24,000 bases of DNA from the NCBI RefSeq assembly GCF_016772275.1, contig NZ_CP065425.1, positions 1,680,653 to 1,704,652 of the forward strand. The letters are read 5' to 3'. The DNA comes from Heyndrickxia vini. Lineage in GTDB: Bacteria > Bacillota > Bacilli > Bacillales > Bacillaceae_C. The notes beneath the pieces are model-generated. The model was given only the letters and a program-made list of their open reading frames with translations, had not been told where the DNA came from and ran no database searches. Positions within the stretch are counted from its first letter, which is position 1; the number at the start of each line of letters is the position of its first letter. The translations under genes were made by a program, and so were the position numbers. Below, in pieces: positions 17,394 to 24,000 of the stretch.

Positions 17394-18232
17394 AAAGCAA
17401 AAAACAACGAATTGATACTCTTTTAGTTGAAAGAGGATTAATTGAAACGAGAGAAAAAGCAAAACGTGCAATAATGGCGGGATTAGTTTATTCAAATGAA
17501 GAGCGTCTCGATAAACCCGGTGAGAAAGTAAATGAAGATATCCCATTAACGATAAAAGGAAAAATGATTCCTTATGTAAGTAGGGGTGGACTCAAGCTTG
17601 AAAAAGCATTACGTATTTTTGATATATCTGTTAAAGACAAAATCTTATTAGATATAGGAGCATCGACGGGTGGATTTACGGATTGTGCACTACAAAATGG
17701 TGCTAAAATGTCATATGCATTAGATGTTGGATATAATCAATTAGCTTGGAAACTTAGGCAGGATGAACGTGTAGTCGTCATGGAGAGAACGAATTTTCGT
17801 TATGTTACCCCTCAAGATTTAGCTCGTGAAATGCCTAATTTCGCTACAATTGATGTTTCGTTTATATCTTTATCGCTCATTTTACCGGTTTTAAAAACAT
17901 TATTGGTTCCATCGAGTGATGTTATTGCGCTAATTAAACCACAATTTGAAGCAGGAAAAGAACAGGTAGGAAAAAAGGGGATCGTAAGGGATAAAAAGGT
18001 TCACGAAGCCGTTATTGGAAAAATTGTCCAGTTATCCCTTAATGAAGGTTATGATGTAGTAAATTTATCCTTCTCTCCAATAACGGGAGGAGAAGGAAAC
18101 ATTGAATTTTTAATCCATTTAAAATGGACTGGTTTAAGTATGGAAATGAATGGATCAAATGCACTTGATTTCACAATTAGGGAAGTAGTAAACGAAGCAC
18201 ATAACGAGTTAACAGGAAGATCAGATCAATAG
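17390..18232 (+). CDS. yqxC: TlyA-family rRNA methyltransferase / hemolysin-like protein
   Basis: S4 domain N-terminus ([29 protein letters not shown]) plus SAM-binding [15 protein letters not shown]; 4-nt overlap with dxs. Confidence 0.94.
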   Translation: MKSKKQRIDTLLVERGLIETREKAKRAIMAGLVYSNEERLDKPGEKVNEDIPLTIKGKMIPYVSRGGLKLEKALRIFDISVKDKILLDIGASTGGFTDCALQNGAKMSYALDVGYNQLAWKLRQDERVVVMERTNFRYVTPQDLAREMPNFATIDVSFISLSLILPVLKTLLVPSSDVIALIKPQFEAGKEQVGKKGIVRDKKVHEAVIGKIVQLSLNEGYDVVNLSFSPITGGEGNIEFLIHLKWTGLSMEMNGSNALDFTIREVVNEAHNELTGRSDQ

Positions 18233-18286
18233 GATCTGTTCTTTTTTCTTGTGTATTTGCCACCATTCGTGTTTATTATGTACATT

Positions 18287-18315
18287 TTGACAAAAATAGG
18301 CTAACATTGTAGTAA
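18287..18315 (+). promoter_or_regulatory. Candidate SigA promoter for argR
   Basis: TTGACA at 18287-18292, 17-nt spacer, TAGTAA at 18310-18315 (weak -10). Confidence 0.4.
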
Positions 18316-18385
18316 AAAGTATGTGGGATATGTCAGTGTTATTTTTAACGAAACTGTCAGTGTAACTTTGTAAAGGTGGATGAGG

Positions 18386-18835
18386 ATGAATAAAGGACAA
18401 AGGCTCATTAGAATTAGGGAAATTATCGCAAATTTTGACATTGAAACACAAGATGAACTTGTTGATCATTTGAAAAATGCCGGTTTCAATGTTACACAGG
18501 CAACGATTTCCCGTGATATAAAGGAATTACATTTAGTAAAGGTACCTTTAATGGATGGCAGATATAAATATAGTTTGCCGGCAGATCAGCGTTTTAACCC
18601 GATGCAAAAATTAAAAAGAACCTTAACCGATGCTTTTATTAGCATAGATTTTGCTGGCCATTTAATTGTTTTAAAAACATTACCGGGTAATGCCCATGCA
18701 TTAGGTGCATTAATTGATATCCTTGAATGGGAAGAAATTATTGGTACTCTATGTGGGGATGATACGTGCTTAATCATATGTAAAGATCAAGAAAAATCGG
18801 AAATGGTCTCTCAACGTTTTTTGGATATGTTATAA
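18386..18835 (+). CDS. argR: Arginine repressor ArgR/AhrC
   Basis: [54 protein letters not shown]...; C-terminal [13 protein letters not shown]. Second ATG (18386) gives correct SD spacing from aaaggtgg. Confidence 0.97.
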   Translation: MNKGQRLIRIREIIANFDIETQDELVDHLKNAGFNVTQATISRDIKELHLVKVPLMDGRYKYSLPADQRFNPMQKLKRTLTDAFISIDFAGHLIVLKTLPGNAHALGALIDILEWEEIIGTLCGDDTCLIICKDQEKSEMVSQRFLDML

Positions 18836-18882
18836 AATAAAAGAAATAAGCGGATAGTAGAAAAAATGGGGTGAAGTTTTCA

Positions 18883-20595
18883 TTGTTACAAGAATTATCG
18901 ATCAAAAATTTTGCCATCATTGATGAACTATATTTGTCTATAGAAAAAGGATTAACGGTGTTAACAGGAGAAACCGGTGCGGGAAAATCTATTATCATTG
19001 ATGCAGTTAATTTATTAGTTGGTGGAAGAGGATCATCAGAATTCGTTCGCCACGGTGAAAAAAAGGCAGAAATCGAAGGCCTTTTTATATTAAATGACGA
19101 ATCACATCCATGTTATAATCGAGCAAATGAATTTGGAATTGACATTGAAGAAGGAATGATTATCCTTCATCGTGATATTTCAATTACCGGAAAAAGCGTT
19201 TGCAGAATTAATGGGAAATTAGTAACCATTTCGATTTTACGTGAAATTGGTAGCACTCTAATTGATATACACGGTCAGCATGAACACCAAGAATTAATGA
19301 ATGAAACTCATCATTTAAGGCTTCTTGATCAATATGGAGGCAGGGAAATTAAGACTGCACTTGATAATTATCGTGTAATATACAAACAATATGAGCAAAT
19401 TGCTTCTAAGCTTAAAGGATTGAGTGAAAATGAACAGCAAATGGCTCACCGATTAGATCTTATTCAATTTCAACTGCAAGAAATCCAAAAAGCAAATCTT
19501 CAAATAGACGAAGACATCATCCTCATGGAAGAAAAGAAAAAATTAATGAATTTTGAACGGCTTTTCGATTCATTAAAAACAAGTTACGGCGCATTACAAG
19601 GCGAACAAAAGGGGCTTGATTGGATAGGTCTCGTTATGAGTCAGTTAGAAACGACTGCCGAAATTGAGCCGGATTATGAGCCATTATTAGAATCCGTTTC
19701 AAATTGTTTTTATATACTTGAAGATGCGGCAAGTACAATCCGCAATGATTTAGATAGTTTAGAGTTTAACCCTGAACGTTTAAATGAAATTGAAAGCCGC
19801 CTTAACGAAATGAACCAATTAAAAAGAAAATATGGCGGCACACTGCAAGATATATTGGAATACAGTTCAAAGATCGAGGAAGAAATTGAAACGATTATTA
19901 ACCGTGAAAGCCATATTGATAAATTACAAATAACGTTAGCTCAACTTCAAAAAGATTTATATTTAGAAGCCAAACAATTAAGTGATTTAAGAAAAAAATG
20001 GTCTAAAAAATTAATGAATGCAATTCATAGTGAATTAAAGCAATTATATATGGATAAAACAGTATTTGAAGTGAAATTCATTCATTCTGTTGAGGAATAT
20101 AAAAATGAAATGGACCCTCCATTTCGAAAAGATGGGTTGGATTTCGTTGAATTTTATATATCAACCAACCCTGGTGAACCTTTAAAACCATTAAATAAAG
20201 TTGCTTCCGGTGGTGAATTATCGAGAATGATGCTTGCGCTGAAAACGATTTTTTCAAAACATCAGGGCATTACTTCAATCATTTTCGATGAGGTAGATAC
20301 AGGTGTAAGCGGCCGAGTTGCTCAAGCAATTGGTGAAAAGATATATCAAGTTTCTGAGCATTCGCAAGTCCTATGTATTTCCCATCTACCACAAGTTGCA
20401 GCTATGGCAGATACACATTTGTTTATCATGAAAGAAACCATTGATGGACGAACACGGACAAAGGTGAAAACTTTGAAATTGGAAGAAAAAATTAATGAAG
20501 TTAGTCGCATGATTGCAGGTGTCGAAATAACCGATAAAGCTTTAGAACACGCTCAAGAATTGTTGCAACTTGCCTATGCAAAAAAATTTACTTGA
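18883..20595 (+). CDS. recN: DNA repair protein RecN
   Basis: LQELSIKNFAIIDELYLSIEKGLTVLTGETGAGKSIIIDAVNLLVGGR (Walker A), DIHGQHEHQ, KPLNKVASGGELSRMMLALKTI signature, IIFDEVDTGVSG. TTG at 18883 preferred over GTG at 18871, which overlaps the SD. Confidence 0.97.
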   Translation: MLQELSIKNFAIIDELYLSIEKGLTVLTGETGAGKSIIIDAVNLLVGGRGSSEFVRHGEKKAEIEGLFILNDESHPCYNRANEFGIDIEEGMIILHRDISITGKSVCRINGKLVTISILREIGSTLIDIHGQHEHQELMNETHHLRLLDQYGGREIKTALDNYRVIYKQYEQIASKLKGLSENEQQMAHRLDLIQFQLQEIQKANLQIDEDIILMEEKKKLMNFERLFDSLKTSYGALQGEQKGLDWIGLVMSQLETTAEIEPDYEPLLESVSNCFYILEDAASTIRNDLDSLEFNPERLNEIESRLNEMNQLKRKYGGTLQDILEYSSKIEEEIETIINRESHIDKLQITLAQLQKDLYLEAKQLSDLRKKWSKKLMNAIHSELKQLYMDKTVFEVKFIHSVEEYKNEMDPPFRKDGLDFVEFYISTNPGEPLKPLNKVASGGELSRMMLALKTIFSKHQGITSIIFDEVDTGVSGRVAQAIGEKIYQVSEHSQVLCISHLPQVAAMADTHLFIMKETIDGRTRTKVKTLKLEEKINEVSRMIAGVEITDKALEHAQELLQLAYAKKFT

Positions 20596-20625
20596 AAAGC
20601 TATCCATCAATGGGTAGCTTTTTTC
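20595..20625 (+). terminator. Rho-independent terminator after recN
   Basis: AAAAGCTATCCAT-ca-ATGGGTAGCTTTTTT: 13-bp stem including one G-T pair. Confidence 0.9.
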
Positions 20626-20740
20626 TTAATCCCTTGTTATATTTCCACCTTATCAAGGCTAAATTAAAATTGTAACCAAAAAAAATAAAAAAGGTTATTC
20701 TTTTAAAACAGTGGACTAGAAGCGAGGAGAGTGAAAAGAT

Positions 20741-22030
20741 TTGAAATTGGATTATCTAAGAAAAATAATTGGTGGATTTCTCCTTGTTTCACTTTGTTTA
20801 TTAGGATTTTCAAAACCGTTTCAAAATTATCTTCATATACCAACAAAAATAACATTATTTGAAGGTGACGTTTTTAATATTGCGAAAGCTGCAAATGTAT
20901 CTGCTAAAGTAACATCTCATGGTGAAAGTGTTGATGTGTTTGCCCAAAAGAAATCCTTGGACATAAAAGGTAATTTAGCAGGACATGACGAAGTTTTTTT
21001 TGAATTAGCAGGACTGCCAATAAAAAAGGTAGATGTAAAAGTAATTAAGGATTTCAAAGTAATACCTGGTGGTCAATCAATTGGTGTTAAATTAAACACG
21101 CTTGGGGTATTAGTTGTAGGACATCATCTTGTTGAAACAAAATCAGGTAAGTTTTCTCCAGGGGAAAAGGCTGGAATTAAAGTTGGGGATATTATCACAC
21201 AAATTAATGGGGAAAAAGTAGAAAATTTATCAGATGTAGCTCCATTAGTAGAAAAAGCGGGCAAAGATGGAAGTGCATTAAATATCATCATCCAAAGAGA
21301 ACAGCAAGAAATAAAAACTTCCTTAAATCCACAAAAGGATCAATCAGAACAAACATATAAACTTGGCTTATATATAAGGGATTCGGCGGCTGGAATTGGA
21401 ACAATGACCTTTATAGATCCAAAATCAAAAAAATACGGAGCACTCGGTCATGTAATCTCTGATATGGACACAAAAAAAGCCATTATGGTTGAAAAAGGAC
21501 AAATATTAAATTCGACCGTTACCTCAATTGAAAAAGGCAGCGATGGAAAACCTGGAGAAAAGCTTGCACGATTTTCTTCGGACCATGAGGTAATTGGGAA
21601 TATTACGCGAAATAGTTCCTTTGGTATCTTTGGAAAGTTAGAGAAGCAAATAAAAAATGACCGATATGACCAACCAATGCCTATCGCATTATCCTATCAG
21701 GTAAAAGAAGGTCCAGCTAAAATTTTAACGGTCGTTGAAGGAAATAAAGTGGAAGAATATGATATTGAGGTCATTAATGCAATTCCTCAAAAGTTTCCTG
21801 CTACAAAAGGGATGATAATAAAAATTACGGATCCGAAATTATTGAAAAAAACAGGTGGAATTGTCCAAGGAATGAGTGGGAGCCCGATTATTCAAAATGG
21901 AAAAATCATAGGTGCGGTTACTCATGTCTTCGTAAATGATCCGACATCAGGATATGGTGTTCATATTGAATGGATGCTAAAAGAAGCAGGAATAAATATA
22001 TATCAAAGTAGTAAAGAAAAAGCAAGCTGA
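20741..22030 (+). CDS. spoIVB: SpoIVB serine peptidase (PDZ domain; SigK checkpoint signalling)
   Basis: 429-aa ORF from TTG; PDZ region [24 protein letters not shown]; catalytic GHVISDMD and [21 protein letters not shown] motifs. Confidence 0.97.
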   Translation: MKLDYLRKIIGGFLLVSLCLLGFSKPFQNYLHIPTKITLFEGDVFNIAKAANVSAKVTSHGESVDVFAQKKSLDIKGNLAGHDEVFFELAGLPIKKVDVKVIKDFKVIPGGQSIGVKLNTLGVLVVGHHLVETKSGKFSPGEKAGIKVGDIITQINGEKVENLSDVAPLVEKAGKDGSALNIIIQREQQEIKTSLNPQKDQSEQTYKLGLYIRDSAAGIGTMTFIDPKSKKYGALGHVISDMDTKKAIMVEKGQILNSTVTSIEKGSDGKPGEKLARFSSDHEVIGNITRNSSFGIFGKLEKQIKNDRYDQPMPIALSYQVKEGPAKILTVVEGNKVEEYDIEVINAIPQKFPATKGMIIKITDPKLLKKTGGIVQGMSGSPIIQNGKIIGAVTHVFVNDPTSGYGVHIEWMLKEAGINIYQSSKEKAS

Positions 22031-22057
22031 ATGAGAATATCTCTTCAGCTTGCTTTT
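22017..22057 (+). terminator. Rho-independent terminator overlapping the spoIVB stop codon
   Basis: AAAAGCAAGCTGAatGAGAatatCTCTTCAGCTTGCTTTTTT. Confidence 0.9.
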
Positions 22058-22105
22058 TTGCATTTTTAGTATTAGTGAAATATGTTATGATGAAAATAAA
22101 GATAA

Positions 22106-22113
22106 TTCGACAA
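22106..22113 (-). promoter_or_regulatory. 0A box (Spo0A~P binding site), inverted orientation
   Basis: TTCGACAA, exact complement of TTGTCGAA. Confidence 0.65.
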
Positions 22114-22206
22114 ATAGATTTTGAAAAATCGAAAGAGGTCGAAAAGAGGAGAATTAAAGAGGAAATTAGAGAAAATATTGTTTTTTTAAGAAATTTTCAA
22201 TTATAA

Positions 22207-22235
22207 GGAGGAATTTAAAAGGCATTGTCGAAAAT
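22207..22235 (+). promoter_or_regulatory. Candidate SigH promoter of spo0A overlapping a 0A box
   Basis: -35-like GGAGGAATTT (22207-22216; SigH RnAGGAWWW), 10 nt, then GTCGAAA (22227-22233; RnnGAAT-like). TTGTCGAA 0A box at 22225-22232 overlaps the -10 region. Confidence 0.55.
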
Positions 22236-22294
22236 GTCATAAGAGAATAAGATATGTAAAAAATCGTGGTTAGTAATTGAGGAGGAAACAGGGA

Positions 22295-23083
22295 GTGAAC
22301 AACAAAATTAAAGTTTGTATTGTGGACGACAATCGAGAGTTAGTAGGTTTATTAGAGGAGTTTATTTCTTCCCAAGATGATATGGAAATTAGCGGTGTTG
22401 CGTATAATGGGCAAGAGTGTTTAGAAATGTTACAAGATGCTTCACCAAATGTTTTAATATTGGATATTATTATGCCCCATCTAGATGGTTTAGGAGTCCT
22501 TGAAAAGTTAAGACTAAAAGGCGAAATGCCAAATGTAATAATGCTGACTGCCTTTGGACAAGAGGACGTTACGAAAAAGGCGGTTGAACTTGGAGCTTCT
22601 TATTTTATTTTAAAACCATTTGATATGGATAATCTTGCTAACCAAATCCGGCAAGTTAGCGGTAAGGCAAGTCCGATATTGAAAAAGGAAAACCATTCAT
22701 TTATTAGATCGAATCATGAAGAGAAACCAAAAAACTTAGATGCAAGTATTACAAGTATTATCCATGAAATTGGTGTGCCGGCACATATTAAAGGATATTT
22801 ATATTTAAGAGAAGCTATCTCTATGGTTTATAATGATATTGAGCTACTGGGATCAATTACTAAAGTATTATATCCGGATATCGCAAAAAAATATAATACG
22901 ACGGCAAGTCGTGTTGAGCGAGCAATCCGTCATGCGATTGAAGTTGCTTGGAGTCGCGGAAATATCGATTCTATCTCCTCGTTATTTGGTTATACAGTGA
23001 GCATGTCTAAAGCAAAGCCTACAAATAGTGAATTCATTGCGATGGTTGCTGATAAACTGCGTTTGGAACATAAAGCGTCCTAA
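22295..23083 (+). CDS. spo0A: Sporulation master regulator Spo0A
   Basis: [62 protein letters not shown], and Spo0A C-terminal [22 protein letters not shown] at 22295 behind ggagg SD is preferred over the track start at 22277, which includes the SD. Confidence 0.97.
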   Translation: MNNKIKVCIVDDNRELVGLLEEFISSQDDMEISGVAYNGQECLEMLQDASPNVLILDIIMPHLDGLGVLEKLRLKGEMPNVIMLTAFGQEDVTKKAVELGASYFILKPFDMDNLANQIRQVSGKASPILKKENHSFIRSNHEEKPKNLDASITSIIHEIGVPAHIKGYLYLREAISMVYNDIELLGSITKVLYPDIAKKYNTTASRVERAIRHAIEVAWSRGNIDSISSLFGYTVSMSKAKPTNSEFIAMVADKLRLEHKAS

Positions 23084-23120
23084 TCATTTAAATTTTTTAT
23101 CTTAATGGACTTATATTTCG

Positions 23121-23163
23121 AAGGGTTCTAATGTTTTTTCACTTCATTAAGAACCCTTTTTTG
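23121..23163 (+). terminator. Terminator after spo0A
   Basis: AAGGGTTCT...AGAACCCTTTTTT stem-loop. Confidence 0.87.
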
Positions 23164-23170
23164 TTGATTA

Positions 23171-23503
23171 TCATTTTCTTCTTATATCTATTAAATCGTG
23201 ATTTTTATATTTAATTTTTACTTTTTCCCCAATCGAATATTGTACATATGTGTCACAATCCATTTCTAGGATTTTTCCGTTATCAAATTCCATCAAGCAA
23301 GCTGCTTCCCCGCTTGGAGTTGAAATAACCGGTATACTTTTCTTAGTTTTAACACCTTTTGCTTTTCCTTTTGATTGTGGAGTGTAATATTTTTCAACAA
23401 TTACTACTTTTTTGTAGCTGTTTGAAGGGCGGGATAGTAAAAAGAAAAGTACGATCAATAATAGACATAGTACAACGACTTTTAACAGAACCTTCTTCAT
23501 CAT
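23171..23503 (-). CDS. Hypothetical small membrane-anchored protein
   Basis: 110-aa ORF; SD AAGGAG directly upstream of the double ATG; a single N-terminal TM (VLLKVVVLCLLLIVLFFLL) followed by a soluble domain KKVVIVEKYYTPQSKGKAKGVKTKKSIPVISTPSGEAACLMEFDNGKILEMDCDTYVQYSIGEKVKIKYKNHDLIDIRRK; ends near the spo0A terminator. Confidence 0.8.
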   Translation of the reverse strand: MMKKVLLKVVVLCLLLIVLFFLLSRPSNSYKKVVIVEKYYTPQSKGKAKGVKTKKSIPVISTPSGEAACLMEFDNGKILEMDCDTYVQYSIGEKVKIKYKNHDLIDIRRK

Positions 23504-23667
23504 GCACTCCTTATGACAAGTATTTAATTTATACTATGTATATTGATTGGAATGCGGAATATGCATGATCAATTAACAAGTTAAAGGTAAATTAAGCAAT
23601 CAAACCCCATTTTTTCTTCATATAGTGTATGAGACTAGAAATAAAAAATTAGTAAGGACGTGACAAC

Positions 23668-24000
23668 ATGACCCTTATATTTGCACACCGTGGATCAGCA
23701 GGAACACATCCCGAAAATACGATGGAATCGTTTATTGCTGCTGAAAGGTCAGGTGCAGACGGAATTGAACTGGATGTTCATTTATCTAAAGATGGAGAGA
23801 TTGTCGTTATTCACGATGAAACGGTGGATCGTACTACTAACGGAAAAGGGTTTGTTCATCAATTGTCCATCGCGGAACTTAAAGAATTGAATGCAAGCTA
23901 TAAATTTAAAACCTTTCAGTCATTTATAAGAAGCCCCAAAATACCTACTTTAAAAGAAGTGTTTGAATGGATGAGAGGAAACGATCTTCAATGTAATATA
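23668..24000 (+). CDS. Glycerophosphodiester phosphodiesterase (GDPD family), truncated by window end
   Basis: ATG at 23668 opens a frame of 111 codons to the window edge: MTLIFAHRGSAGTHPENTMESFIAAERSGADGIELDVHLSKDGEIVVIHDETVDRTTNGKG... with GDPD motifs HRG, ENT, ELDVH, HD. SD-like aaggacg upstream. Not in the ORF track. Confidence 0.93.
   Translation, partial: MTLIFAHRGSAGTHPENTMESFIAAERSGADGIELDVHLSKDGEIVVIHDETVDRTTNGKGFVHQLSIAELKELNASYKFKTFQSFIRSPKIPTLKEVFEWMRGNDLQCNI

Noticed and set aside
16259-17546. Minus ORFs 16259-16642, 16811-17014, 17364-17546
   Set aside because: Antisense to dxs and yqxC; sequence explained by conserved plus-strand genes.
18221-18998. Minus ORFs 18221-18469, 18586-18777, 18774-18998
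   Set aside because: Antisense to the argR leader, argR and the start of recN.
22204-22211. Strong TAAGGAGG as a ribosome-binding site for a small ORF before spo0A
   Set aside because: No start codon at suitable spacing; the first option (TTG 22225) gives only five codons. Better explained as part of the SigH -35 region.
23359-23890. Plus ORFs 23359-23568 and 23681-23890
   Set aside because: The first is antisense to the start of the small membrane protein gene; the second is an alternate frame of the GDPD gene.
1-24000. CRISPR, transposon, phage, toxin-antitoxin, defence-island or biosynthetic cluster
   Set aside because: No direct-repeat/spacer arrays, integrases, transposases or known accessory families seen. 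The only repeat element recognised is 12055-12182, and gene order follows the conserved Bacillaceae chromosome backbone.

Overview
The window is a gene-dense, low-GC Bacillaceae chromosomal segment. It contains the conserved sporulation and housekeeping block yqhP(partial)-yqhQ // yqhR-aroQ-yqhT-efp-spoIIIAA..AH-accB-accC-yqhY-nusB-xseA-xseB-ispA-dxs-yqxC(tlyA)-argR-recN-spoIVB-spo0A, then a small membrane-anchored hypothetical on the minus strand and a truncated glycerophosphodiester phosphodiesterase gene. I see no CRISPR array, transposase, phage, toxin-antitoxin, defence or secondary-metabolite cassette, and no evidence for a wholly new multi-gene system. The points most worth a second look are: (1) spoIIIAD has no ATG/GTG/TTG start upstream of its conserved N-terminus and appears to start at ATT (5975) behind a strong Shine-Dalgarno (SD); (2) folD is missing from its usual place between nusB and xseA; (3) a highly structured GC-rich Bacillaceae intergenic repeat lies at 12055-12182 between yqhY and nusB; (4) an AUG-UAA start-stop element sits between the SD and start codon of nusB; (5) the spo0A leader carries two 0A boxes, a SigH-like promoter and a purine-rich repeat tract; (6) two real edge genes (yqhP-like minus strand 1-211 and GDPD plus strand 23668-24000) are absent from the ORF track. 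Product names come from recognising protein families and gene order, not from a database search.
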